Of a stretch of DNA of 64,000 bases, positions 25,466 through 37,432 are shown one piece after another. Within the stretch, counting starts at the first letter, position 1; each line of letters starts with the position of its first letter. Made by a program: the position numbers and the translations under genes. The stretch lies in NCBI GenBank assembly GCA_964016885.1, contig OZ024743.1, forward strand, positions 372,806,001 to 372,870,000. The letters run 5' to 3'. Under the pieces are notes generated by a model, which worked only from the letters and a program-made list of their open reading frames with translations, made no database searches and was not told where the DNA came from. This DNA comes from Eledone cirrhosa (lineage: Eukaryota).

Positions 25466-25980
25466 AGAGGTATATGCGTGTGTGTGTGTGCCCAGCTGCG
25501 GGCACAAATAAATTGCTATGGCCATCACTGGTGGGGGCCCCCCACTGCAGTGGGCACAGGGCAATTGGCCCCTTTGCCTCCATTAAATCCAGCCCTGGTG
25601 GTGGATTGGCTATATCAGTAGAGCATCAGACAAAGGGATTTGCAACATTTAGTTACAACTTTGTGTTTTTAGTTCAAATCCCACAGAGGCCAACTTTGCC
25701 TTTCATCCTCCTGAAATCAATAATATAAAGTACCAGTTAAATACTGGGGTCGATATAATTGACTTTCCCTTTCCTCCAAATTGTTGACTTTGTTGTGCCA
25801 ATGTTAGAAAAAATTATTTTTGTGTGAAAATCCTTTCATTTTCATACATTTTAAAGCCATTTTCTCTCCCCTGCTAAAGACTAGCCTTGTTTGCCTCGTG
25901 GCAGGCTTCACACTCATCATGGCATCCTTTTCAAGGCAAAGTTTTATGACCAGATACCCTTTCTGGGCAGGGAAGCAGTG

Positions 25981-26539
25981 TCATCATCATCATCATCATC
26001 ATTTAACGTCCATATTCCACGCTTGCATGGGTTTGGACGGGAGTTTTCCCACTTGAGGCAAGAGTGGTTGTCTTGCTCGCATAGGACTGTCTGGCGGGTT
26101 TTCTACGGCTGGATGCCCTTCCTAACACCAACCACGTTTACAGTGTGGACTGGGAGGTTTTTACCGTGTTACCTACACGGCCACATTACAGCGTGGACTG
26201 TGTGTTTTTTTTGTCATGACACCTACACGACCTCATTTGTTTCGGACTGGATGTTGTGGTACCAACATAACTTTACATTGAAAGGGGTGGTGTGGATGGG
26301 GTGGGGATAGTGGGACGGGGGTGTATTTTGTTAGAGGTGCCTACTGACTGTAGTAGGTTTCACTTTGTACTTAGGTAAGGCGGGTCTTCTCTATTACTGT
26401 GTAGCGCCAAAGATCTCGGTCCAGTGACATTGTCTTGGAGAGGTGTAAGTGTGTGAAGTCGGAATTTATCAAGTTGTCCCAGGTTTTTCTGGGTCTGCCT
26501 ACTTCGTGGCTATCGTCTATTTTTATTGCCCTGCACTTT
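25981..26539 (-). mobile_element. 5'-truncated RTE LINE (family 1): ORF end + 3'UTR
   Basis: Minus ORF ends ...GRPRKTWDNLINSDFTHLHLSKTMSLDRDLWRYTVIEKTRLT*, nearly identical to the end of 56428-56865; (CAT)n tail. Confidence 0.9.
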
Positions 26540-26641
26540 CTAAACCTGATACTGTATAAATATTTTGGTATAAGACTTAAAAACATGTGTTGTTATTTTT
26601 TGATAAATAGATAATTTGTTCTTCTCTATTTCCTTTGCCAG

Positions 26642-26736
26642 ATGACTTCTTTACAAGATGAGAAAATTTCCCTGTCTTCTGAAGTTGACCGACTATCTGA
26701 ACGTTTGAACCAGGCAGAAAATCTTGATGATCCTGG
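26642..26736 (+). CDS. hook: Hook exon F (MTSLQDEKISLSSEVDRLSERLNQAENLDDPG)
   Basis: tttgccAG acceptor, GG|GTAAGC donor. Matches LQEEKSSLLAENQVLMERLNQSDSIEDP. Confidence 0.93.
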
Positions 26737-26798
26737 GTAAGCAATAGTTTCAATTCCTGTCCAGCATAATTTTAGTTGTATGATTTTCTGTAAGAGGA

Positions 26799-27053
26799 TT
26801 AACCCTTTAGCATTTAAACCGGCCATATCCGGCCAGAATTCTCTCACCTCTTTCTCTTCAAACCAGCTGTAACCTGCCATTCATACTTGTGTTGCAGTAT
26901 TGTTCTCAAAATAAATAATATCAAAATCTCATAGATTCGATATTCTGTGAGATAAAGTGTTTACCTTGAAAATACAATAGTAAATATAGAGTAATCGTTT
27001 AACATCCATTTTCCACACCAGCATGGGTAGGACTATAAATGCTAAAGGGTTAA
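26799..27053 (+). mobile_element. piggyBac-like MITE family 1 carrying a 39-bp RTE-tail insertion
   Basis: TTAACCCTTTAGCATTTA...TAAATGCTAAAGGGTTAA perfect 18-bp inverted termini; insert at 26996-27034. Confidence 0.78.
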
Positions 27054-27264
27054 TAATATAGTATAGTGGGTTGGTTTCAATTTTAATTTTACTACATTAT
27101 AGTTTTGGAGCAGATTTCATTTTCTGATACCCTGTAATAAGTCTAAATCTGTCTCAAGCCTGGACACTCATTAGGCCGGTCCTTATCCCAATTTCCTTGG
27201 CGTTAAGTGACTAAGAGTACAAGACTCCTCCCTGGACAGGATGCCAGTTGGTATTTTACTACAT

Positions 27265-27950
27265 ATCATCATCATCATCATCATCATCATTTTACGTCCG
27301 TTCTTCCACGCTAGTATGGGTTAGACGGGTTGTCCTGTTGTGGGCAGTGTCCGGTCGGCTGACCTTGTCTTGCTCATACGGGAACTGATTCTGGCTTGAT
27401 TTCTACAGCCGGATGCCCTTCCTAACACCAACCTCATTTACAGTCAGTGCTGGGTGCTTTTTTTCCGTGGCGCCTACACGACCACTTTACAGTGTGGGCT
27501 GGGTGCTTTTTTTCCGTGGCACCTCCACGACCACTTTGCAGTGGGAGGGTGTGGGGGCATATTGTCTATATGCTTCAGCTTCGGCTTGTACCCATGAGGG
27601 GTCGGGTCTTCTGTATTACTGCGTGACGCCAGAAGTCACGGTCGTGTGTCCTCGCCTTTGAGAGGTGTCATTGGGTAAGGTCGGCTTTTATCACCTCATC
27701 CCAGGTCATCTTGGGTCTCCCCACTCCGCGGTGTCCATCGACTTCTAGTGCTCTGCACCTTTTTATGCAGCTGTCATCCTTCATACGCATCACATGTCCA
27801 TACCAACGCAACCGCCTCTCCTGCAAACAGCATTTGATTCCTCTTATGCTCAGTCTCTCTCTCAATTCATTTATGCTTTGCCGTTCACGTATATTACTAT
27901 TACACATCCATCGGAGTATGCAGGCTTCGTTTCTTTCTAATCTACGCAAG
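27265..27950 (-). mobile_element. 5'-truncated RTE LINE (family 2): ORF end + 3'UTR
   Basis: Minus ORF LRRLERNEACILRWMC...RRLRWYGHVMRM...GRPKMTWDEVIKADL; distinct 3'UTR shared with SINE A; (CAT)n tail. Confidence 0.9.
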
Positions 27951-28148
27951 CCTACCTTATATACATAAGGTTCATGAGTTACAGGACATACACAAACAAA
28001 GCTGGTTGTTAAGCATGTGCTGTAAATGTAAATAGACGCACTAACACACATTTACATACACACACACACTTGCATATATAATTTATATTACACAATCTCC
28101 CTGTAAACCAATGGGTCATGTACTAGTATAGTATATCATAATTTCCAG

Positions 28149-28228
28149 AACTCCAGCTGGTCGGCGCTGTCAACAACTACAGCGACAAATTGAACGTTTA
28201 CAGGAAGAAGTTCTCAAACTTGAATCTG
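28149..28228 (+). CDS. hook: Hook exon G (TPAGRRCQQLQRQIERLQEEVLKLES)
   Basis: tttccAG acceptor, G|GTAAGT donor. Matches SPAGRRHLQLQTQLEQLQEETFRLEA. Phase 2-1 consistent. Confidence 0.95.
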
Positions 28229-28569
28229 GTAAGTACTTCCTTGACAAATTATCTATTTTTAATTATTTCCTAGAAATGACAATGGTGGATTGGAAGAATT
28301 GGCAGTGTGTAGAATATTTTTTCTTGCTCTTTGTATTCTGAGTTCAAATCCCACAAAGGTCAATTTTGCCTTTCATCCTTCCATAGTCGTTAAAATAGAG
28401 CCAGTGATGAATGTTGTGAACGGAGATGGTTAGGATCATGTTTTGTGGAAGGGTGAAAGTGACTGGATGCGAGAAGTGATGAGTGGTGTGAAGAGAAATG
28501 GAATGAGATGGTTAGATCATGTGTTGCGGGAAGAGTGAAAGTGACTGGTTGACAGCAGTGATGGAAATG

Positions 28570-29070
28570 AATGTGGAAGGTCGTGGGGGCAAAGTATTCA
28601 AACACTCCATCCAGCAGGTTCTGTCAGAAGCAACCGTCTCCAATTGATCTGTCTGGATCCCCAAGCAAAACCAGCCAAGCTCATGGATGTTATCCAACCA
28701 TCTTGCTCGGGGTCTACCCCTAAGTCTCCTGCCGGTTGGTTTTGCCTGTAGAATCAGTCCAGTGATTCTTTCCTGAGACATTTTAACCACATGCCCATAG
28801 TATCAGAGCTGTGATCTCTCAATATGGAGAAGTAGTGGCTCTACCTAGAGTGACTCTCTGATCTCTGAGCAACGTATTTTATCAAGTAATGTTACTCCAA
28901 AGACCATTCAGAGGAGTTCCATTTCAGCCGCTTGTATTCACAATCGTATACTTTTGATCGTTACCCAAGATTCATTACCATACGTAAGGGTTGGCATGAA
29001 TACTGAATTGAAAACAGTGAGTTTGGCTTTTATACCTACATCCCTTCTTCTGATTACTGAATGCTGTATT
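28570..29070 (-). mobile_element. RTE LINE fragment (family 3)
   Basis: Minus ORF ILQAKPTGRRLRGRPRARWLDNI; upstream sequence encodes TLTYGNESW-like motif. Confidence 0.75.
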
Positions 29071-29320
29071 AGAAACTTCATAATCATAACACATTTTTTT
29101 TTTTTTTTTTTTTTTTTTTTAATGACATCTTGAGGCTGGTTTTTTACTGTTGGATGCCCTCCCTGACACCACTGCTTACCTTATTTGTTAAGTCTGTCAT
29201 ATATGCTCTGTTAACTTATGTTAAACCAAAACCCTGCAGTGTGTATTGTTTATAAGGGACACTATCAATATCACCATTAGCTTCATATTAATGTTGTCAA
29301 TATAAGATTTTGTGGCAACT

Positions 29321-29710
29321 GGCACCCACACAGGCATACGCACCCACACGGGCATACGCACCCACACGGGCATACGCACCCACACAGGCATACGCACCCA
29401 CACGGGCATACGCACCCACACAGGCATACGCACCCACGCAGGCATACGCACCCACACGGGCATACGCACCCACACAGGCATACGCACCCACGCGGGCATA
29501 CGCACCCACACAGGCATACGCACCCACACAGGCATACGCACCCACGCGGGCATACGCACCCACGCAGGCATACGCACCCACGCAGGCATACGCACCCACG
29601 CAGGTATACGCACTCACACAGGCATACGCACTCACACAGGCATACGCACCCACACAGGCATACGCACCCACACAGGCATACGCACCCACACAGGCATACG
29701 CACCCACACA
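29321..29710. repeat. 18-bp minisatellite (~21 copies)
   Basis: GGCATACGCACCCACAC(A/G) tandem. Confidence 0.95.
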
Positions 29711-30338
29711 TATACCTTTTTCATCATCATCATCATTACTGTTTTGTCTATTTTTCATGAATCATGGGTTAGATGGGTTGCCACTTTCTGAGACCAGACA
29801 TGTCAGATGAAATTGCCTTCAATTTGTTGACATGGTTTCTATGGCTGGATGCCCTTCATAACAACAATCACTTCACAGCATGTACCTATACATATATCTA
29901 TTATTGGCATAGTTTCTATGGCTTGAAGCCTTTCCTAATACCAGCCACTTTACAAAATGTATCCTCATCATCATCACTGTTTAATGTCTGTTTTACCATG
30001 TTTGCATGCGCTGGATGTATTTTATTGTAGTACCAGCACTAACAACTTCATATTATTTCAACTTTGCCAGTGGATTAGCAGTATCAATAGAGCTTCAGAC
30101 GCAATGCTTTGCAGCATAGAGTTATTCCCCTTTACGTTCTGAGTTCAAAACCCTCTGAGGTTAACTTTGCCTTTCATTCTTACAGGCTCAATAAAATAAA
30201 GCACCAGTAACACACTGGGAGAAATGCTGGCCTAGTACCAAAAATAGAAACAATTATTTCAACTTTCTATGAAATCAGTTGTATTGTATGCTTTAATATC
30301 AACCAATTATTAATACTTTCTATATTTCTTATTCACAG

Positions 30339-30403
30339 CTCGAGATAACTGTATTGCACGACTTGATATTATGACTGAAGAATTTCGAGACCTCCAACAA
30401 AAG
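30339..30403 (+). CDS. hook: Hook exon H (ARDNCIARLDIMTEEFRDLQQK)
   Basis: ttcacAG acceptor, AAG|GTTATT donor. Matches AKDDYRIRCEELEKEISELRQQ. Confidence 0.88.
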
Positions 30404-30543
30404 GTTATTTAAATTTTATCATCATCATGATTGTTGTCATCTTTTTCATCAACATCATCACATTTCCAAATGATTTCATTCAAGATAATTATTTCAATTA
30501 ATATATTTCAATAATTACTAATTATTTTTTGTTCTTTGTCCAG

Positions 30544-30627
30544 AATATAGAATTAAATCAACAAGCAGAAGAAGCAAGATCATTAAAAGATGAAGTTGAC
30601 GAACTACGATACTTAGCATCTCAGCAA
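30544..30627 (+). CDS. hook: Hook exon I (NIELNQQAEEARSLKDEVDELRYLASQQ)
   Basis: tttgtccAG acceptor, CAA|GTAAGG donor. Matches NDELTTLADEAQSLKDEIDVLR. Confidence 0.95.
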
Positions 30628-31122
30628 GTAAGGATTGCTTTATCTTCTTTCTAATTAACTTTGTTGTTACTATATTTCACCCTTCCTTCACTACCTGATT
30701 AATTATTCACATGACTATTTTATGACCTACCCTACCTGATAGTCTAATCATCTCAGCAACAACCCCTGATGGGTCAGCTGCTTTCCCTATCTTCATATAC
30801 GTCATTGCTTTATCTACCATTCTGATATCGATTCTCTCCATTCAACTATCTCTCATAATAACACTTTTAAGCTTCTTTGTTTTTACATCAGTAAAAGTAA
30901 GCTACTTCTCTCCCACAACATTTCACTACTCTCTGTTGCACTGTCTTGTAATCTGAAACACCTCACACTTCTGATCTTCATGACACAGAATATGGGCAAA
31001 CCTCTTGCTTTCCAATTCTCCCATTAATACAGAAATCTATGTATACACACATACATTTACACACACACACACACACACACACGTACACACGTATGTATTA
31101 AACAAATCTCACCAAATATACT

Positions 31123-33715
31123 TGTAGTGACCTACATTCCGCGGGCTCACATACATTCTCTGTGCGTGATTTGGCTCAGTTCAGCCAATCAGCGCCAGTA
31201 GAAGAGGATGTATCCCTACGCGCCCTGAGGAAGAAATTCCCCGCGAAGATTTGAAGAATCTCGCTCTTGTACCGGAAACTTCAAGCCAGCAACAAGCATA
31301 ATGTAGCAGTGAGATATTGCACCCCTAGCCTCGCCGGCTTAACGGCGCAATGGCACATTCCCTTTTGTAACCTCTTTTTATCTGTAACTTCAACCATATA
31401 AATAAACAAACATTTCATCTCTAATTACTGCGGTTGAAGTCGTTGTTATTTTACTCGTGTCTCAATAACATCTTTAATCCATGCTGCTGGAATTGGCGAC
31501 CTGACGAAAGGAATATTGTAAATAGATGGTAAATAGATCGAGGGACCTTCCCTCACGTCTATGTCAACAAGATAATCCAACGAGGATACTATCACTTACC
31601 ACACTGGCAACTAACGACCACTGATTCTACCACCCTGCTAAAGTGGCGATAACATCTATGTCGCAACTTGCGAAAATCCAGAATATTCCTTTTAAGATTT
31701 TTGAAAAATTAACAGTATTTCAAAAACTTTTTCGTCACGAAAAAATTTAAAGATGGCTACCGACATGTCATGGCTACGCTTGACAACAACAATGACAGCA
31801 TCAGCGACAGCGTTGTTTAACCACTGACCAGTACAGGGAACAGTGAGTGGCAGCTTCATAACCTTACCAACGCCAACCACCACACATCGGAAATTTCAAA
31901 ACGGCTTGTAACTTTACCGACGCAACCACCATACCTTCTGTCTCGTTACCACAGGGACGCGAGAAATTGAGACAGTAGTTTTCTCACCATTATGGCGTCA
32001 GACGTGACTGCCATATTTGGTGACTCCTACTCTACAGAAGATTCTTTGACTTTGCTTTAACAATAAGCAACACAACCGTGTGGCGGGACGGTAAAATGGC
32101 CACGAAATCTCACAAAAACACCATACATGTAATCCCTAACGGCATTAACAAACTTCTTTTTCAGTTTTCAGATAGAACTAGTGTCTGTACACTGGTGATG
32201 TGTGAACTATTTGACTTTGAAAAACTTTGAACTTATTGAGCGATTTCTCTGCTCCCCTAGATTGACTTTGAATTATCAGTTTGTTACATTCACATATTTC
32301 TTTGTAGAATGCATTTACTTGTTTTGTGCTCTTTTGCTATTTGTTTGCTCATGGTTTTTGTTCATTCACATTCTTTGCTGTTTTACATGCCTGCATATGC
32401 ACACATTTTTTTTATCACACACCAACATGTTCTTGGTATATGTTCTTAAAACGTAATATTCTGCGAGTCCCTTTTCACCTGGTTGAGATGCTGTCACATG
32501 CTAGCAGCTCACAGAGCTTAATCCACTGGATTCAAACAGGCACCGCAACACGAGAATACATTGCAGCTGAACTCAAACAGCTTCGCATCTCGTTGCACAC
32601 TGATCGTCCATGATGGCCATCCGTCTAGTTGTTTTTGCCCGACTCGCTGGGAAAGCAACAAATTGAACTGGACTTGTTAGCATTTCGGCCACTTCTGTGG
32701 ATTCGCCCGAATTATGGAATTTACACTGCAACCCACCTACAGATTAAACTTGCCTTTTGTTCTTTACAAAGCAACCAGCCATTTTTTCCTGGCTCCACAG
32801 CACATTCGACAATACATCTGGGGGCCATCATTTTCTCGGCAGCACTGGTAAACTACCATAATAGCTTCGTTCACAGCTACTGGTACAACGCTTACCATTA
32901 ACATTTAATGCAAGAACAGCAACTTCGCCCATGTCAGACTTTATCCGTTTTTTGTTAGACCTTTGGCGGTCACGTATAAACAACAAAACAACTGGTCATT
33001 TAACACAGCGGCTCAACACGGCCCGTAGCGCCTCATTTTTTGTTCTTGCATGCAACCTTCTGCTCAATTATTTTTTCACTGATGTGCTCTTTCAGCATTT
33101 GTTCTTGCTGATTCAATAATATGTGGGTCCTTGGTTTCTTCGTTATCGATTTTCGGCTGAAAATCTGGTTGGAGGTGATGTAGTGACCTACATTCCGCGG
33201 GCTCACATACATTCTCTGTGCGTGATTTGGCTCAGTTCAGCCAATCAGCGCCAGTAGAAGAGGATGTATCCCTACGCGCCCTGAGGAAGAAATTCCCCGC
33301 GAAGATTTGAAGAATCTCGCTCTTGTACCGGAAACTTCAAGCCAGCAACACGCATAATGTAGCAGTGAGATATTGCACCCCTAGCCTCGCCGGCTTAACG
33401 GCGCAATGGCACATTCCCTTTTGTAACTTCTTTTTATCTGTAACTTCAACCATATAAATAAACAAACATTTCATCTCTAATTACTGCGGTTGAAGTCGTT
33501 GTTATGTTACTCGTGTCTCAATGACATCTTTAATCCATGCTGCTGGAATTGGCGACCTGACGAAAGGAATATTGTAAATAGATGGTAAATAGATCGAGGG
33601 ACCTTCCCTCACGTCTATGTCAACAAGATAATCCAACGAGGATACTATCACTTACCACACTGGCAACTAACGACCACTGATTCTACCACCCCGCTAAAGT
33701 GGCGATAACATCTAT
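31123..33715 (+). mobile_element. Non-autonomous LTR retrotransposon (probably Gypsy-derived)
   Basis: 537-bp direct repeats 31123-31659 and 33179-33715 with 5 mismatches counted by eye. They start TGTAGTGA and contain AATAAA. A purine-rich GGTTGGAGGTGA precedes the second copy. The 1.5-kb internal region has no long ORF. Confidence 0.85.
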
Positions 33716-33801
33716 AACTAATACTGCTAAATACTTTTACATGTTTAACATTTATGTATCATGTTTTTTCAATCTAAATTTTTGTTTCTCTGTAATTCCA
33801 G

Positions 33802-33844
33802 GCTAGAAATGAAACATTAATTCAATCATATAAAAGAAAACTTG
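33802..33844 (+). CDS. hook: Hook exon J (ARNETLIQSYKRKL)
   Basis: ttccAG acceptor, G|GTAAGA donor. Matches VESYKKKL. Confidence 0.92.
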
Positions 33845-34071
33845 GTAAGATATATTCATTTATATTTATAATGCAGAATCATTAGAGCATCAAACAAAAT
33901 TCTTTATAGCATTTAGTTACAGCCCTTTATGTTCTGAGTTCAAATCCTGCCATAGTCAACTTTGCTTTTCATTCTTCTGGTTTTGATAAAATAAATCACC
34001 AGTAAAGGAATGGGATGGATTTAATTGACTGTCCCCCTCCCTTCAAAATTATGGCCTTGGTAGAAACAATT

Positions 34072-35238
34072 ATACAAGGTGCCAACTGAGTTCAAGAAAA
34101 AAGGCATATTGAAAATTCAAGATACACATAGTTAACGAACCTATATACTACATAATAATTCAATATAACCTCCTCAATGTGACCTCAGAATTGGAAACAG
34201 GCATGTTTCAAGGTTGCAGCTGACAAATTTTTGATTGCCTGGCAGATGCACTGCTTCACCTAATTCTTGGTGTTGCAAGCAGTCTTGTTGGTAACTTTCT
34301 CGACTGTGCCCCAGAAAAAAATAGTCAAAAGGATTGCAGTCTGGAGAGTTAGGAGGCCACATGTCTGGGCTGACATAGTTGTAAAAGTTGTCTGAGAGCC
34401 AGCAGAATCTTGCTTGAACACATAGGGTTTACCCCTTGCCACTTCTTCACCAGTCTGCAGAACTCCCTGGTACAAATCCTGGTTCACCTTCAGGCCCACA
34501 TTAAAGACTTGAGGGGACCTGACATATCCCTCACTCCTGATCACACGAAAAACCATGATGTGGACAAGAAATTTTTTCTTTTATGATACTGGGAACATCA
34601 TATGGGCTAAGTGTTAATCACTTGTTATTTAGCTTGTTGAGTGCCTTGTTCTGACAAAAGTTTTTTTCACCTGAGAAAAACTATAACATGTTAGATTCCA
34701 GATGCTTCAACTTGTTCAACAGCTTCTTGCCCTTTTCACACTGTTCTCCTTGGACTTCTGAGTGAGCAGCTGTACTATCTGCATCTGGCAATACTTGTAA
34801 CAAAGGTCTTCATTCACACAAATTCTTAGTCTTCTCATCACAGCCCAGTTGCCTGACTATCTCACATATCCCAATGGAGAAGTCTCCCTCAATGAACTGC
34901 TCAACTTTCTGGATAAAATTAGCATTTCTCACCCTTTGTTTACTGCAATTTTAAGTTTTCCTAACAGCCAGTGTCATTGTCAAAGTTCCTCTAACTCCTC
35001 TGGACTGTGTGCAATGGGAGATTTAAGATGTCAACAATGGCCTTGTTATACATGTTGATGCAGACTGTGAATACCACCACCTTCCTTTTCCACTCCTAAT
35101 CTGTTGGGGTTTGCCATATTTTTTAAGCCAGGTACAATATGAAAGGAAAGCAATATTAGTTTACATCATATCTTTCAAAATAATATTTTATATTTTGTTT
35201 GGTTTCATTGTAACTGAATCTTATGGGTTGACACTTTA
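34072..35238 (-). mobile_element. Decayed Tc1/mariner-superfamily (maT/DD37D-like) transposon
   Basis: Frameshifted minus-strand motifs VFKQDSAG and WPPNSPDCNPFDYFF(W)G. Imperfect TIR-like ends TACAAGGTGCCAAC / GTTGACACTTTA; ends are approximate. Confidence 0.75.
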
Positions 35239-35463
35239 ATTCCATGGGGAATTTCTTTTCATATCTTCTTTGGTAATTTTTATTTTTATTGTTTTGAGAA
35301 AAAAAGCTCGTAATGTCAAAATTTTAAGGAACATATTTCAGGACATTTTTTATAAGCTCTATTTTCTAAATCTGACGGTGCACCATTGAGCATGGAGGGA
35401 AAGGTTCAATGCAATCTAGTAATTCCTCTCCCCTAATCTTTCTCACATTTTTGGCGATGGGCC

Positions 35464-35905
35464 TAGGTGTTGAATTGGCAGAATCATTAGAGCATCAGAC
35501 AGAGTATTTGTTCCGGCTCTTTATTGTTTTGAGTTTAAATCCTCCCAAGTTCAACATCATCTTTCATCTTTCTGGGTCCATAAAATAAAGGACCAGTTGA
35601 GTACTAGGGTCAATTTAATTGACTTTCTTCCATCCCACCACTATCCCTCAGCCGATCCTCCCAAAAATATTGTTGACCTTGTGACTAAATTAGTAACCAT
35701 TATTATTATTAAGGCGGTAGATTGGCAGTATCGGTAGAGGGTCGGACGCCATGCTTTCCAGCATAGTTACGTCCCTTTACGATCTGAGTTCAAATCCCGC
35801 CGAGGTTGACTTTGCCTTTCATCCTTACGGGGTCGATAAAATAAAGTACCAGTAATGCACTGGGTAATTGCTGGCCTTGTGCCAAAAGTAGAAACAATTA
35901 TTATT
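35464..35905 (+). mobile_element. Two head-to-tail SINE family B copies
   Basis: Two tRNA-like heads (TGGCAG..TC.TTAGAG / GAGTTCAAATCC), each followed by the CTTTCATC...TAAAATAAAG.ACCAG core and an (ATT)n tail. Confidence 0.75.
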
Positions 35906-35931
35906 GTTGTTGTTGTTGTTGTTTATTACAG

Positions 35932-36017
35932 AGGAAATGGGTGAATTAAGAAATAAAGTGAATGAATTGCATGAAAATAATAATAAACATATTGAAGAAA
36001 AGATTTCTATGGAAACG
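35932..36017 (+). CDS. hook: Hook exon K (EEMGELRNKVNELHENNNKHIEEKISMET)
   Basis: ttacAG acceptor, ACG|GTTGGT donor. Matches EDLGDLRRQVKLLEEKNTMYMQNTVSLEE. Phase 1-0 consistent. Confidence 0.88.
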
Positions 36018-36184
36018 GTTGGTATCTTGTAAATACTGTTCTTAACTCTTTGATTATCATAATTTTAATGCCTATGATTTTCAAATAATTTTGAAAATAA
36101 TCAAATATTTGGCAAGATTTAGTAATTTTCTCATTATCAAGATTTTGTAATATAACTTCCTCTTTATGTAATAAGAGACATAAT

Positions 36185-36455
36185 TCTTCTTCTTCTTCGC
36201 CCACTTATTCCTGAGAGGGTCATGGAGGAAGAGTCCTCAAACACTCCTTCCAGCGGGTCCTGTCAGAAGCAACTGTCCCCAACTGATCTGGCTGGATCCC
36301 CAAGCGAGACCAGCTGAGCTCATAGATGTTATCCAACCATCTTGCTCAGGGTCTACCCCTGGATCTCCTGCCGGTTGGTTTTCCCCCATAAAATCTGCCC
36401 AGTGATTCTTTCCCGAGACATTCTAACCACATGACCATAGTATCGGAGCTGTGAT
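36185..36455 (-). mobile_element. RTE LINE family 3 3' fragment with (GAA)n tail
   Basis: TTCTTCTTCTTCTTCGCCCACTTATTCCTGAG; homologous to 28600-28815 and 43470-43721. Confidence 0.75.
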
Positions 36456-36751
36456 TTTTAAATTATTAAAATAAATCATAATTAAGTTTGTGTTTAGAAC
36501 ATAACTCAACAAGTGTTCTTACATAAAATTATGATGACAAATTTTTAGATAAATATAAAGTTTTGTGCTCTACAACCATGGGTAGTTTCATCTAGTTTTG
36601 TATCAAAATAGTTAATGCTAAGAAATGGTTAGACTAACTCAGAGAGAGACTCTAATTTTGAACAGTGGGCCAACATTTTGCCAGTTATTTTAACCCGTTT
36701 ATCAACTTACCTGAAATTGGCCCTGGCTCTGTAATACAAAGCTGCCTGTTT

Positions 36752-37432
36752 TTAACCCTTTAGCATTTATATTGAAGGTGCATGGCTTAGTGGTTAGAGC
36801 ATTGGGCTTGCAATCGAAAGGTTGTGAGTCAATTCTCGGACTGGGTGATGTGTTGTTTCCTTGAACAAGACACTTTATTTCACATTGCTCCAGTTTACTC
36901 AGCTGTAGAAATGAGATGATAGGACTGGGGTCCCTATCATTCCACTGCAAAGTGGTTGTGGAGGTGCCACAGCAAAAGAAGCACCCAGCCCACACTGTAA
37001 AGTGGACGTATAGGCGCCACGGAAAAAAAGCACCCAACACTCACTGTAAATGAGGTTGGTGTTAGGAAGGGCATCCAGCTGTAGAAATCAAGCCAGAATC
37101 AGTTCCCGTATGAGTGAGACAAGGTCAGCCGACCGGACACTGCCCACAACGGGACAACCCATCTAACCCATGCTAGCGAGGAAGAATGGACGTAAAACAG
37201 TGATGATGATGATGATGATGATGATAATTACTCTTTATTTATTATTATATTTTTGCGGTAAAATCTTTACCTCATATAATTATGTCCCATAATATTGAAT
37301 CTATAAGATTTTGATATTTATTTTGAGAAGATACTTTAACATCAGTATGAGTGGCCAGTTACAGCTGGTTTGAACAGAAAGATGTGACAGAATTCTGGCC
37401 GGATACAGCCAGTTTAAATGCTAAAGGGTTAA
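36752..37432 (-). mobile_element. piggyBac-like MITE family 1 (inverted) interrupted by a SINE
   Basis: TTAACCCTTTAGCATTTA at 36752 and TAAATGCTAAAGGGTTAA ending at 37432; MITE body resumes at 37227. Confidence 0.75.
36774..37226 (+). mobile_element. SINE family A variant with full RTE family-2 tail
   Basis: tRNA-like head essentially as in the 1318 copy. The 3' ~280 bp is the reverse complement of the 27265-27545 LINE 3'UTR. (GAT)n tail. Confidence 0.88.

Noticed and set aside
25495-25597. GC-rich DNA-transposon end (…TTAAATCCAGCCCTG)
   Set aside because: Only one terminus is visible, with no partner TIR or TSD in the window; not enough to call.
29221-29810. Hexapeptide-repeat ORFs (APTQAY, GIRTHT, CVGAYA)
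   Set aside because: 18-bp minisatellite open in five frames; no splice or homology support.
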